In this document: in pieces, positions 18,808 to 30,914 of the stretch
Layout of the letters: the number at the start of each line of letters is the position of its first letter
How positions within the stretch are numbered: position 1 is the stretch's first letter
Source of the DNA: an uncultured delta proteobacterium
GTDB lineage: Bacteria; Myxococcota_A; UBA9160; UBA6930
Assembly (NCBI GenBank): GCA_963766175.1
Contig: CAVXZE010000002.1
Location: 204,480-268,479, forward strand
DNA length: 64,000 nt
Direction: 5' to 3'
The notes under the pieces: generated by a model
Databases searched by the model: none
Told to the model about the DNA's origin: nothing
The model's input: the letters and a program-made list of their open reading frames with translations, nothing else
Program-made: the position numbers and the translations under genes

Positions 18808-19821
18808 CTAACCCGAACGCGCCCACAGATAACGCAGGCTGCCGCCGGGAACGATCGAGATCTGCCCCATCTCCTCGAAGCCGGCCTGGCGAAGATCCGA
18901 GAACAGCTCGTCCGGATCCGCCAGCCCGTGGAGGTTGCGGTGGGCGCGCAGGAAGAGATCGAAGGTCGCGGTGCTCTGGGCGCCTCCGAGTGCTCGCGTG
19001 ATTCGACCGGCGGTCGCGATCGGGGTCTGGAGGGCGAAGAGACCGTGACCCGCGAGGCATCCAAACGCCCTCGCAAAGAGTGCCCGGCGCTGCTCCGGGG
19101 AGAAGTAGTAGAGATTGTTGTTGAGCAGCACCAGGTCGTAGCTTCCCACCGCGAGGTCGAGCGTCATGAAGTCTCCGACCCGGATCTCGCCCCTGCGGGA
19201 GACCTCCGCCTCGCGAAGGATCCGGCGCGCCTCCTCGGCGACAGCGGGGTCCAGCTCGATCCCCAGACCGTTGGCATCGCGATAATGCGAGAGAAAGCCC
19301 GCGAGATAGGTGCCGTAGCCACAGCCGATGTCGAGAACCCGCCGCGCCGCGCGCACACCCGGGACGCGCGCGAGGGCTTCGATGGCTCGGCGCTCCATCA
19401 GGCGAGAGGCGGCTGCGGTTCGAAGCGCCTCGTCGGGAGCTCCGAATTCCGGACGCTCGGCAGCCCCCATCAGCTCGGGTAACTGATCGAGTCGGGGAGC
19501 GTAGGTGAGGGCGGCCTGGTCGAGGATGGCGCGGATCGCAGGCGCCTCGTCTGCGTCCAGAAGCCAGCGAACCAGGCTGCCGATCTGGTATCGCCCCTCT
19601 TTGCAGCGGAGCAGGCGGTGGGCGTGCAGTGCGCGGAGCCACGACGCCACCAGATCTGGCGTCAGCTCCAAGCGCGCGGCGAGCTCGCTGGCCGTCAGTG
19701 GCGAGCGAAGCTCATCGAAGAGCCCCGTCCGGAGCCCGATTCGCAGCAGCGGCAGCTTCAGGTGGGCCTGGACTATCCCGGTCAGGTGCCGAACTCGGCG
19801 GATCTGATCGAGCTTCTTCAT
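18808..19821 (-). CDS. Class I SAM-dependent methyltransferase (O-methyltransferase-like, N-terminal wHTH/dimerisation domain)
   Basis: 337 aa. SAM motif I is RVLDIGCGYGTY. The N-terminus LRIGLRTGLFDEL...TASELAARLEL is typical of the O-methyltransferase dimerisation domain. Confidence 0.7.
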   Translation of the reverse strand: MKKLDQIRRVRHLTGIVQAHLKLPLLRIGLRTGLFDELRSPLTASELAARLELTPDLVASWLRALHAHRLLRCKEGRYQIGSLVRWLLDADEAPAIRAILDQAALTYAPRLDQLPELMGAAERPEFGAPDEALRTAAASRLMERRAIEALARVPGVRAARRVLDIGCGYGTYLAGFLSHYRDANGLGIELDPAVAEEARRILREAEVSRRGEIRVGDFMTLDLAVGSYDLVLLNNNLYYFSPEQRRALFARAFGCLAGHGLFALQTPIATAGRITRALGGAQSTATFDLFLRAHRNLHGLADPDELFSDLRQAGFEEMGQISIVPGGSLRYLWARSG

Positions 19822-19837
19822 GCGATGCCCTCGCCAG

Positions 19838-22030
19838 CTAGGAGCCCGAGTCGAGCTCCAGGTTCGCGTAGCGGACCATCACGGTCTTCACGCCGACCCG
19901 ATCGAATTGGATACGCAGCTTCTGGGAGGCACCCACGCCAACCACGGCGAGAACGCTGCCAGCTCCGAAGATGGGATGCCGAACGCGGACACCGGGCGAG
20001 ACTCCGGAGGACTCCTCGCCAGTCTGGTCGTAGGAGTAGTCGAGGGACCGACCCTGGGGAGCCTGCTCGAGACCGCGGTGGCTCCCGAAACCATCGACCA
20101 GGGAGGCGGGAATCTCGGCCAGAAAGCGAGAGGGCGTCGCGAAGCTCTGGGATCCGAACCTGCGCCGCTTCCTGGCCCAGGTGAGGGTGAGGCGCTCCAT
20201 CGCGCGGGTCATCCCCACGTAGCAGAGACGCCGCTCCTCCTCGATGGCGAGCTCGTCTCGGGAGGAGGCCGCGTGGGGAAAGATGCCTTCTTCCATGCCC
20301 ACCAGAAACACCACCGGAAACTCCAGCCCCTTGGCTGAATGGGCGGTCATCAGGGAGACCCGTTCGTCACGCAGCTCGGCCTCGTCCAGGTCCGAGACCA
20401 GGGCCACCTGATCCAGGAACAGCTCGAGGAGGCTGCGCTCGTCGCTCTCGAGATCCGCGTTCGCCACCGCGAACTCCTCGGCGCCCGCCAGAAGCTCGCG
20501 TAGGTTCTCGAGCCGGACCTCCGCCTCGACGGTCCCTTCCCTCTCCAGCTGCTCTCGGTAGCCGCTGCGGTCGAGGATGATCGAGAGAGCTTCCGCAGGT
20601 GTCCGGCCGGGGACCTGGTTCGAAAGGGATTCGAGCAGGCGGAGAAAGTCGCCGATGCGGCTGCGCGTGCGCCCGGCCGCGCCCTCCTCGGCGAAGATGC
20701 GCAGACCCTCGAGGAGAGCCACATCCCGCTGCTCGGCGAGGACCTCGGCGCGACCGAGCGTCGTCTTGCCGATGCCCCGCGCAGGCCTGTTCACGATGCG
20801 ACGCAGCGCCACGCCGTCGTTCGGGTTTACCATCAGGCGGAGGTAGGCCAGTGCGTCCTTCACCTCGGCCCGGTCGTAGAAGCGGACGCCGCCCACCACG
20901 ACGTAGGGGATGTCGTACTTGAGCAACTCCTCCTCGATCGGCCTGGACTGGGCGTTGGTCCGGTAGAAGACCGCCACCCGTCCGTAGGAACGACCCTCCT
21001 CCCGCACCGCCTCCAGGATCTTCCCGACCACGTACTGCGCCTCGTCGCGCTCGTCGCGGGACTCGTAGAAGCGGATTCGCTCTCCCTCGCCGAGCTCGGT
21101 GAGCAGTCTCTTCTCCCGGCGGCTCTGGTTGTGCTCCACCACCGCGGAGGCGCCGGTCAAGATCCGCTGAGTCGAGCGGTAGTTGCGCTCGAGCTTGACG
21201 ATCTGCGCGTCGCGGTAGTCGCGCTCGAAATCGAGGATGTTTCGGATATCGGCGCCCCGCCACGCGTAGATCGACTGGTCCGGGTCACCCACCGCGCAGA
21301 GGTTTCGATGCTCCGCCGCCAGCTGGTTCACCAACCGGTACTGCACGCGATTGGTGTCCTGGTACTCGTCGACCAGGACGTACTGCCAGCGCCGTTGGTA
21401 GTGGCGCAGCACCTCTGGAAAGCGATCGAAGAGCAGCGTGGTCTGGAGCAGCAGGTCGCCGAAGTCGAGGGCATTGGCGTCGGCGAGCAGCCGCTGATAG
21501 ACCGCATAGACCTCCGCGGCCCGCTCGGCATCGAGATCCGCCGCCCGCTCGGCGGCCTCGGCCGGAAGCACGCCCTTGTTCTTCCACTGGTCGAAGTGCC
21601 AGCTCATTCGCCGCGCTTCCTGGGTCCCGCGCTCGAGCCCGTGGCGGCGAAGCGCTTCCTTGACGACGCCGAGGGAATCGGAATCGTCGTAGATCACGAA
21701 GCCGCGCGACCGTCCCAGGTGTCCGATGTCGCGTCGCAGGATCCGCACGCAGGCGGAGTGGAAAGTCGAGAGCCAGACACTCTCGGCCTCGAGACCCAGA
21801 AGCTTGTGAACGCGCTCGCGCATCTCGCCCGCCGCCTTGTTGGTGAAGGTGACGGCCAGGATGCTCTCGGGAGCGATACCGCAGACCCCGATCAGATAGG
21901 CGATGCGGTGGGTGAGGACGCGGGTCTTTCCACTTCCCGCGCCGGCGATGATGAGGAGCGGACCCTCGGTCGTCTCCACGGCCGCCCGCTGCTCGGGATT
22001 GAGGCCCTCGACGATCGACTCGGCGAGCAC
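19838..22030 (-). CDS. pcrA: UvrD/PcrA-type ATP-dependent DNA helicase
   Basis: 730 aa, GTG start with AGGAG 10 nt upstream. Motifs AGAGSGKTRVLTHR, VDEYQDTN and a C-terminal Tudor-like VRHPIFGAGSV. Confidence 0.9.
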   Translation of the reverse strand: MLAESIVEGLNPEQRAAVETTEGPLLIIAGAGSGKTRVLTHRIAYLIGVCGIAPESILAVTFTNKAAGEMRERVHKLLGLEAESVWLSTFHSACVRILRRDIGHLGRSRGFVIYDDSDSLGVVKEALRRHGLERGTQEARRMSWHFDQWKNKGVLPAEAAERAADLDAERAAEVYAVYQRLLADANALDFGDLLLQTTLLFDRFPEVLRHYQRRWQYVLVDEYQDTNRVQYRLVNQLAAEHRNLCAVGDPDQSIYAWRGADIRNILDFERDYRDAQIVKLERNYRSTQRILTGASAVVEHNQSRREKRLLTELGEGERIRFYESRDERDEAQYVVGKILEAVREEGRSYGRVAVFYRTNAQSRPIEEELLKYDIPYVVVGGVRFYDRAEVKDALAYLRLMVNPNDGVALRRIVNRPARGIGKTTLGRAEVLAEQRDVALLEGLRIFAEEGAAGRTRSRIGDFLRLLESLSNQVPGRTPAEALSIILDRSGYREQLEREGTVEAEVRLENLRELLAGAEEFAVANADLESDERSLLELFLDQVALVSDLDEAELRDERVSLMTAHSAKGLEFPVVFLVGMEEGIFPHAASSRDELAIEEERRLCYVGMTRAMERLTLTWARKRRRFGSQSFATPSRFLAEIPASLVDGFGSHRGLEQAPQGRSLDYSYDQTGEESSGVSPGVRVRHPIFGAGSVLAVVGVGASQKLRIQFDRVGVKTVMVRYANLELDSGS

Positions 22031-22142
22031 GGAAGTGGACTCCTGATGGGGACCGGATGGCGGGGCGATACCGGAGAGGCGTGCGGCAGCTTAGGCGAGC
22101 CGGGCAGACGCCTCAACGTTACCCGAACCGTAGCCGCCCTTC

Positions 22143-24100
22143 TTACTCGAGGAAGAAGGGGCTGGACCAGGCGGTCCCGCCATTCTTCTGGAGGACTCGG
22201 ACATAGAGCGTCCCAGGGCCCGAGGATCGGATCTCCGACTCGAAGGCGATCATGCGTTTTTCTTCACCAGGAATCGAATCGACGACCAGACCGTCGGCCA
22301 CCAGATCGATGCGATCGAGCGGGTCGGGCGCGACTACCCTTACCACCAGACGCCCCGAGGCCGACACCGGCACCACCGAGCCCATCGGCCTTCCGTCGAG
22401 CTTCACGTCGAGGACGATTCGAGCGCCGTTGGTAGCGTAGGTGCGGCGTGCGCGCAGGGCGGCGAGCACCGACTCCCGCGTGGCTTCCTCGCTCAGGATC
22501 GCGGCGAGGCCACCACCGCCGGAGGCCAGATGAGTGAGACCGGGATGGCCGTCGTGTCCGTCGCCGCTACCGACGAAGCCGAGCCGATAGCCCCTGGCGA
22601 GGGCGTCGCGAACGAAGTTGCCGGGAACCGGCGAGTAGATCGCCCCGGGGCTGTCGAGAGACTCGCTGCTCCCGTGGACGGAGACGATCTCCGTGACCGG
22701 CTCCAGCTCCGGATCCGGCGGGATCGACCAGTCGGTGGCGACGGGACCTCCGGCCGAGTGATGGGCGATGGTCAGGGCCGGCTCGCCGCGAAGCGAGTTC
22801 CACAGCTCGGTGGGGGTATCGAAGGCGGGATCCAGGGAGCTTCGGAGCTCGAGTCCGGCGCCGAAGCGCAGCACGTGCCGGTGGCCGTAGATCCAGCTCG
22901 TCCACTCGTATCCATCCAGGGTGACGAAGCGGCCGGGCTCGTAGAAGCTGCGGGTCTGCTTCTGGATCTCCTTCCAGCGCTCCGGCGCGGCGTCGAGGAA
23001 GGGGATGCCCCAGTGGTCGTGGTCGGTGAGGGCGGCCAGGTCGAGCGCCGCCACGTCCCGGGCATAGCGGTAGTAGTCCTCCGGCACTCCCGTACCGTCG
23101 GAGAAGTTCGAGTGGCCGTGGAGGTCCCCCCAGAGGATTCTCGGCCCTTCCGCCGTCACGAGCATCGGATTGCTCTCCGCCGCGAGTCCGTTCGGTCCCG
23201 TCGCGCGCAGCCTCACCACGCCCGGCTCTCGAGCGACCAGGGGAACGGTGATCCGTCCCCCCATGGCCTCTTCGAGGACGATGCGGCCCTCCACTTCCAC
23301 GCCTTCCGGTGCGGCCTCCAGGACGATCTCCCCCTCGACGGGAAGACCCGTGCTCCCGGCGGCGTCGAGCACCGCGGCGGTCAGTCGGACCGTCGCTCCA
23401 GGTCGCGCCACACTCGGCAGATGAAGGAGGAGCATTGCCGCCGGTCCCGGCGCCACATCGGTCTCGAGAGGATCCGCGAGGAAGGCGCGAATGCCATCGG
23501 CGTTGCCGTCCACCGCCAGCCAGAACTGCGAGCGTCGCTCCGCGAACTGGTCCACCTCGGCGCCCGCCGGACCGCTGCCGTAGTCGATCCGCACCTGCTC
23601 TCCGGGCTCGAGCCGGCGGCCGCCGATCCCGACCGCGAGCAGCTGCGGACCGATGGTCTCGGACTCGAGCACCACTCCTTGCGCCTGGGTCGTCACCTCG
23701 GTGAAGCCGGGAAGCTGCGGGTCGACTACGTGGGGCGTGCTCCAACCCCAGTAGGGCGAGGCCTGGAGGAAGAGGACACCGCCCTCGTCGATCCCGAGAG
23801 GACCGGCTTCGAAGACGATCCGAAAGCGCCCGGGCTCGCCGACGGTCGCGCGGAAAGGCGCGCGCCCCACCGGCTCGAGCCAGGCGCGACCGGCGCCATC
23901 GGCGGGATGGCGCTCCCGCTCCGCCTCCTCCCGCAGACTCTCGACGAGGTCCCATTGAGCGGTGGGCGGACCCTCGCGCTGCAAGCCCTCGGGCGGAGCA
24001 GACGGCTCCGGCGGCTGCGGCTGGTCGCCGCATGCCGTGACCAGCGCCGCGGCCACGAAGAACAGGCGCGCCAGAATCGAAGAACACACTCCCCGATTCA

Positions 24101-24101
<1 letters not shown>
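22143..24101 (-). CDS. PHP-type (CehA/McbA- or DUF3604-like) metallohydrolase lipoprotein
   Basis: 652 aa from GTG 24101, which overlaps the glmS TAG stop by 1 nt. Signal ...FFVAAALVTAC. PHP motifs ILWGDLHGHSNFSDGTG and LTDHDHW. The 1025-aa track ORF is an over-extension through glmS in another frame. Confidence 0.6.
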
Positions 24102-25936
<1,835 letters not shown>

Positions 25937-25940
25937 GTGT

Positions 25941-27323
25941 CTAGCCCTTCTTCGCGGGTCCGCTCTTCCCCTCGGAACCCGACTCCTGCTGCGCGGTTCC
26001 CATCTTTCGCTTTCGGCTCACCCATCCCTCGACATTTCGCTGCCTGGCGCGGGCGACGGCCAGGGCGTCGCTGGGCACTTCCTTGTTGATCGTCGAGCCG
26101 GCGGCGACGTAGGTGTCGTCGCGCAGGGTCACCGGCGCGATCAGGTTGACATTGCAGCCGACGAAGACGCGCTCGCCCACGGTGGTGCGGTGCTTGGCCT
26201 GGCCATCGTAGTTCACGGTGATGACGCCGCAGCCGAAGGTGGTGCCGGCTCCGACGTCGGCGTCGCCGATGTAGGTGAGGTGAGCGGCCTTCACGCCCTC
26301 GCCGACGTCGCTGTTCTTCACCTCGACGTAGTTGCCGATCTTGACGCGGCTCCGCAGGTGACAGCCGGGGCGCAGGTGAGCAGAGGGTCCGAGCTGAACG
26401 TCGTCGTCGAGCTGGCTCGACTCGATCACGCAGTGCGGCTTCACGTGCACCCGCTCGCCAAGCCGGCTGGGTCCGGTGATCACCACTCCCGGATCGATCC
26501 GGGAGTCGCGGCCGATTTCCACGTCGGTGTCGATGTAGGCGGAGTCGGGATCCACGATGGTGACGCCCTCGGCCATCAGTCGATCGGCGGTGCGCCGGCG
26601 CATCACCGCGGCAGCCTGGGCCAGCTCGGCCCGGCTGTTCACGCCGAGCGCCTCTTCGGCATCCTCCAGGAGCAGCGCCTCCACCGCCATCCCCTGGTCG
26701 ACCGCCAGCGAGACGATGTCGGTCAGGTAGAGCTCACCCTGCTCGTTGCGGTCGTCGAGCTGGGCCAGGTACTTCGCGAGCAGCTCCGAGTCGAGCAGAT
26801 AGACTCCCGTGTTGCCCTCTTCGATGGTCAGCTCTTCCGGGCTCGCATCGGTCACCTCGACGATTCGCGCCACCCGCCCCGAGGCGTTGCGGACCAGGCG
26901 ACCGGGAAGGGCGAGGTGCGCCGTCAGCAGCACCAGGTGCGCCCGCTGCTCGGCTTTGAGCGCCCGCATCCGCTCGATGGTCTCGGCGCGCAGTAGCGGG
27001 GTGTCTCCGTACAGGATCAGCACATCGCCGGAGAACCCGGAGAGGGCGGGCAAGGCCTGCTGCGCGGCGTGGCCCGTCCCGCGGCGCTCGCTCTGCACCA
27101 CGAATTGAGCGCGCCCGCGGAAACGCTCCTCGACCCGGTCGGCGTCGCACCCGATCACGACCACCAGGTGCTGCGGATCCAGCGTCTCGGCGACGGCGAG
27201 CGGGTAGCCGAGCATGGGACGACCACCGATCTCGTGGAGGACCTTGTTGAGGTCGGAGCGCATCCGGGTGCCCTCGCCTGCGGCGAGGATCACGACGGCG
27301 AGCCTCGTGTCAGGGGCTTCCAT
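25941..27323 (-). CDS. glmU: Bifunctional UDP-GlcNAc pyrophosphorylase / GlcN-1-P N-acetyltransferase
   Basis: 460 aa. LAAGEGTRM motif and C-terminal left-handed beta-helix hexapeptide repeats, plus an extra basic tail RKRKMGTAQQESGSEGKSGPAKKG. It ends 4 nt before glmS. Confidence 0.9.
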   Translation of the reverse strand: MEAPDTRLAVVILAAGEGTRMRSDLNKVLHEIGGRPMLGYPLAVAETLDPQHLVVVIGCDADRVEERFRGRAQFVVQSERRGTGHAAQQALPALSGFSGDVLILYGDTPLLRAETIERMRALKAEQRAHLVLLTAHLALPGRLVRNASGRVARIVEVTDASPEELTIEEGNTGVYLLDSELLAKYLAQLDDRNEQGELYLTDIVSLAVDQGMAVEALLLEDAEEALGVNSRAELAQAAAVMRRRTADRLMAEGVTIVDPDSAYIDTDVEIGRDSRIDPGVVITGPSRLGERVHVKPHCVIESSQLDDDVQLGPSAHLRPGCHLRSRVKIGNYVEVKNSDVGEGVKAAHLTYIGDADVGAGTTFGCGVITVNYDGQAKHRTTVGERVFVGCNVNLIAPVTLRDDTYVAAGSTINKEVPSDALAVARARQRNVEGWVSRKRKMGTAQQESGSEGKSGPAKKG

Positions 27324-27406
27324 GACTTTTCCTCTTCGGCTCTGCGAGCCCGACAGAATAGTCGGTCGCCCGGCCTCTGCGAAGATCGCGGCCTTCCCCG
27401 GGGGGA

Positions 27407-29221
27407 GTGGTGGGTGCTTGCCACATCCACGCCCCGTCTCGTACCCTTACCGCGTCCTCCCCTCTTCAGCAGGAGCCGACTCTCACACGCCGAGGGCGTG
27501 TTCGTGCAGGCTTCACTCTTGCCATCCGAGGAAAGCAAATCCGCGTCTTCGGCAACACCCACGGGCTCAAGTCGAGCCAGATCAAGCGAATCGAGCGTCT
27601 CGGTCGTCGCCGTGTGCCCGCGGACCGCCTGCTCACCCACGAGCTGGCGCGCGAGCTCACGGAGATCAGCCACGAGATCCGGCGCCAGGTAGGGGTCCTG
27701 GTGGATCGCGGGGGCAGCATCGGCCACGTGATGGTCGGCGATGCTCGCTCCATCGAGATGCCGGACTGGGGGCGCATGCGCGCCGGGAAGGGCCGGCTGC
27801 GCGGCCTGCGCTGCATCCACACCCACCTGCGCGACGAGGGCCTGACTCGAGACGATCTCACCGACCTGGCGCTGCTCCGCTTCGACGCCATGGCGAGCAT
27901 CGCCACGGACGAGAACGGGCTCCCGGGTGATGCCCACGTGGCGGCGCTGCTTCCCGCCAACCAGGACGGGGACCAGATCCAGTTCCTGGATCCGGCCCCC
28001 CCGGCACAGCTCGACCTGGACTTCCAGGACTGGATCCGCGCCCTCGAGGAGGAGCTCGCGCGAACTACCCAGACCCGAAGCGTCGGCGACGGGGAGCGCG
28101 CGATCCTGGTCTCGGTGACGGCGGGACGCAAGCCCGACGATCTCGAGTACTCCATCGAAGAGCTCAAGGAGCTGGCCCGCTCGGCCGGAGTCGACGTGGT
28201 CGACGTGGTCATCCAGCACCGCCCCAAGACCGATCGCCGGTTCGTGGTGGGACAGGGAAAGCTCCGGGACCTGATGATCCGCTGCTTCCAGTCGGGCGTG
28301 GACCTGGTGATCTTCGACGAGGATCTCACTCCCACCCAGGCCCGAAACCTGGGAGAGCGTCTGGACCTGCGGGTGATCGACCGCACCCAGCTGATCCTCG
28401 ACATCTTCGCCCAGCACGCCACCACCCGCGACGGGAAGCTCCAGGTGGAGCTGGCCCAGCTCCGGTACGTGCTCCCCCGCCTGGCCCAGCGAGACGACTC
28501 GCTCTCCCGTCTGGCCGGCGGAATCGGGGCCCGGGGACCCGGCGAGACGAAGCTCGAGGTGGACCGACGCCGGGTCCGGGACCGGATTGCGCGGCTGGAT
28601 AAGGACCTCTCGAAGCTTCACCAGCAACGAGAGGGCCGCCGCGCCTACCGAACCCGCCGGGGGCTCCCGGTGCTGTCGATCGTCGGCTACACGAACGCCG
28701 GCAAGAGCACACTGCTGCGCGCGCTCACCAAGAAGGAGGTGCACATCGAAGACAAGATGTTCGCCACCCTCGACCCGGCCTCGCGGAAGCTGCGTTTCCC
28801 CCGCGACCGCGAGGTAATCGTGACGGACACGGTGGGCTTCATACGCGAGCTGCCCCGGGACCTGATGGTGGCGTTCCACGCCACCCTCCAGGAGCTGCGG
28901 GAGGCGGACCTCTTCCTCCACGTGGTCGACGCCTCTGCCGAGGACGTGAAGCGCCGCATGGCCGCCGTTCGCAAGGTGCTCGACGAGATCGACCTCGGCG
29001 AGACCCGAGAGCTTCTGGTCTTCAACAAGGTGGATCGGCTGCCGCCGGGACAGGGCGCTTCGCTGGCCGAGCTCCACGGCGCGGTCGCGGTGTCGGCCCT
29101 GGAGCGCACCGGGCTTCGAGAGCTGCTGGAGCGGGCGGAACAGGAACTCTGGCGCGAGGACGGCAGCGGTGCGAGGGTACAGCTCGTAGAGCCGCTGGCC
29201 GCGGATGGGAGATGGAAATGA
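27407..29221 (+). CDS. hflX: GTPase HflX (long form with N-terminal extension)
   Basis: G1 GYTNAGKST, G3 DTVGF, G4 NKVD; HflX N-domain GKLQVELAQLRY. Start is GTG at 27407 or 27410. The first ~35 codons have lower GC3, but no other in-frame start lies before the conserved region. Confidence 0.85.
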   Translation: MVGACHIHAPSRTLTASSPLQQEPTLTRRGRVRAGFTLAIRGKQIRVFGNTHGLKSSQIKRIERLGRRRVPADRLLTHELARELTEISHEIRRQVGVLVDRGGSIGHVMVGDARSIEMPDWGRMRAGKGRLRGLRCIHTHLRDEGLTRDDLTDLALLRFDAMASIATDENGLPGDAHVAALLPANQDGDQIQFLDPAPPAQLDLDFQDWIRALEEELARTTQTRSVGDGERAILVSVTAGRKPDDLEYSIEELKELARSAGVDVVDVVIQHRPKTDRRFVVGQGKLRDLMIRCFQSGVDLVIFDEDLTPTQARNLGERLDLRVIDRTQLILDIFAQHATTRDGKLQVELAQLRYVLPRLAQRDDSLSRLAGGIGARGPGETKLEVDRRRVRDRIARLDKDLSKLHQQREGRRAYRTRRGLPVLSIVGYTNAGKSTLLRALTKKEVHIEDKMFATLDPASRKLRFPRDREVIVTDTVGFIRELPRDLMVAFHATLQELREADLFLHVVDASAEDVKRRMAAVRKVLDEIDLGETRELLVFNKVDRLPPGQGASLAELHGAVAVSALERTGLRELLERAEQELWREDGSGARVQLVEPLAADGRWK

Positions 29222-30222
29222 CGCTGCGGGCAAGGATCACCGGAGCCGGGATGTACGTCCCCGAGCGCGTGGTCACCAACAAGGACCTCGAGGAGGTCAT
29301 GGACACCAGCGACGAGTGGATCCGCCAGCGCTCGGGGGTCGAGGAGCGGCACTGGGTCGTCGAGGGCGAAACCCCGTCGGATCTCGCCGAGCAGGCGTCC
29401 CGCAGAGCCCTGGCCGACGCCGGGCTCGAAGCCGACGACCTGGACTGCATCATCCTGGCGACGCTCTCCCCCGAGCACGAGTTCCCCGGGACCTCCTTCT
29501 TCCTCCAGGAACGCCTCGGCGGCGAGACGCCCTGCTTCGATCTACGCGCCCAGTGCAGCGGCTTCCTGTTCTCGCTCAGCGTGGCCCGGAGCTACGTGCT
29601 CTCCGGACAGTTCGAGCGGATCCTGGTGGTGGGCTGTGAGGCCCACTCCAGGGGGCTCGACATCAGCACCGAGGGACGAGACGTCTCGGTGCTCTTCGGA
29701 GACGGCGCCGGTGCGGTGATCGTCGAGGCCGACCGCGATCCCGGGAACGCCAGCGAGATTCTCGAAGTGCGCCTCCACTCCCAGGGCAAGTTCGCCAGGA
29801 AGCTGTGGGTGGAAATGGACAGCTGCGCGCAGCATCCCACCCGCCTGACCCGCGAGAACCTGGACTCGAAGCGGATCTACCCGAAGATGGAGGGAAGGTT
29901 CGTCTTCAAGCACGCGGTCACGCGGATGCCCGAGGTGCTGCTCGAGACCCTGAATGCCGCCAGCATCAAGAAGGAGGAGGTGGATCTCTTCCTCTTCCAC
30001 CAGGCGAATCTGCGCATCAACGAGTTCGTCACCAACAGCCTCGAGATCCCGTCCGAGAAGGTGCCGAGCAACATCCAGCGCTACGGGAACTGCTCGGCGG
30101 CGTCGATCCCGATGCTGATCGCCGAGGCGAAGCAGCAGGGTGCGCTCGAACCCGGGACGATCGTGTCGATGACGGGCTTCGGATCCGGCTTCACCTGGGC
30201 CAGTGCCGTGGTGCGCTGGTAG
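29212..30222 (+). CDS. fabH: 3-oxoacyl-ACP synthase III (KAS III)
   Basis: 336 aa. ITGAGMYVPERVVTN, active-site AQCSGF, and HQANLRI...GNCSAAS. It overlaps the hflX stop. The ATG at 29218 would give the classic ATGA overlap. Confidence 0.85.
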   Translation: MEMTLRARITGAGMYVPERVVTNKDLEEVMDTSDEWIRQRSGVEERHWVVEGETPSDLAEQASRRALADAGLEADDLDCIILATLSPEHEFPGTSFFLQERLGGETPCFDLRAQCSGFLFSLSVARSYVLSGQFERILVVGCEAHSRGLDISTEGRDVSVLFGDGAGAVIVEADRDPGNASEILEVRLHSQGKFARKLWVEMDSCAQHPTRLTRENLDSKRIYPKMEGRFVFKHAVTRMPEVLLETLNAASIKKEEVDLFLFHQANLRINEFVTNSLEIPSEKVPSNIQRYGNCSAASIPMLIAEAKQQGALEPGTIVSMTGFGSGFTWASAVVRW

Positions 30223-30318
30223 CCATGCCGCATCGCGTTGATCCACCCACTGGATAGCGCGTCGCGTCACCTTTAAGTATCTGAAATTAATGAACTAATT
30301 CGAATATCTCGGCCTCTC

Positions 30319-30346
30319 TTGACGCACTAACGCGATGTGTTAAACT
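30319..30346 (+). promoter_or_regulatory. Sigma70-like promoter upstream of the phasin gene
   Basis: TTGACG (30319-30324)-N16-TAAACT (30341-30346). It is preceded by a 40-nt stretch of ~25% GC (30271-30310) in UP-element position. Confidence 0.55.
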
Positions 30347-30421
30347 GGTAGGGCTCCATTTTTCCCGCCTCTGAGAAGCCCGATTCCAGAGGTGTCACCA
30401 TTACCCAAGGAGAGATTCGTC

Positions 30422-30808
30422 ATGGCCGAGGCCAATTTCATTGAGGAAGGCATGGATCGCATCGAAGATGCCTTCCGGTCGATCGAGAAGGATCTGAAGA
30501 GGCTCCAGAAGCGCGCGGACAAGCGCCGCCAGCAATTCGAGAAGCAAGCGGAGAAGCGGGTCAAGCAGTTCCAGAGCGACATCCGCAAGAACCCGGTCGT
30601 GAAGCGAGCCGAGAGTCTGCGCAGCGACGCTCAGAAGGCCATCGAGGAGCAGGTCGACGGCCTGCTCGCGAACCTTCGCATCGCCTCCCACACCGACGTC
30701 CATAAGCTCGAGCGCAAGGTCGCGCAGCTCAACAAGAAGGTCCGCGAGCTCGAGAAGGTCAGCAAGGTCGAGAAGGCCAGCAAGCCGGCAGCTCCAGCAG
30801 CTTCCTAG
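30422..30808 (+). CDS. Phasin-like (PHA-granule-associated) coiled-coil protein
   Basis: 128 aa from ATG 30422, with an AAGGAGAG ribosome-binding site 7 nt upstream. C-terminal LRIASHTDVHKLERKVAQLNKKVRELE resembles the phasin (PhaF N-domain type) motif. Highly charged and helical. Confidence 0.5.
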   Translation: MAEANFIEEGMDRIEDAFRSIEKDLKRLQKRADKRRQQFEKQAEKRVKQFQSDIRKNPVVKRAESLRSDAQKAIEEQVDGLLANLRIASHTDVHKLERKVAQLNKKVRELEKVSKVEKASKPAAPAAS

Positions 30809-30836
30809 GCTTGCCATCTCGAGGCCACTTTAACGG

Positions 30837-30869
30837 GCCCGGCAGATCCCGCTCTGCCGGGCCTTTCTC
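30837..30869 (+). terminator. Rho-independent terminator after the phasin gene
   Basis: Stem gcccggcaga (30837-46) pairs with tctgccgggc (30853-62); loop tcccgc; followed by ctttctc. Confidence 0.6.
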
Positions 30870-30914
30870 GTCTGCGCCCCCCCGCTACCCTTCGAGCTTC
30901 GATCGGAGGATGCC

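Noticed and set aside
25937-25940. glmS ribozyme/riboswitch upstream of glmS
   Set aside because: glmS starts 4 nt after the glmU stop, so there is no room for a structured leader.
27407-27520. Possibility that the first ~35 codons of hflX are non-coding because of reduced GC3
   Set aside because: No alternative in-frame ATG, GTG or TTG exists before the conserved GNTHGLKSSQIKRIERL block, so the annotated start region was kept and flagged as uncertain.
27290-29233. 647-aa minus-strand ORF
   Set aside because: It is antisense to hflX, which has all the G-motifs. The composition is low-complexity. The same reasoning applies to 38523..40715 (+, antisense to GH36-HAD), 54680..56245 (-, antisense to top6B), 35628..37946 (-), 22530..24140 (+), 7862..9172 (-) and 57581..59305 (-).
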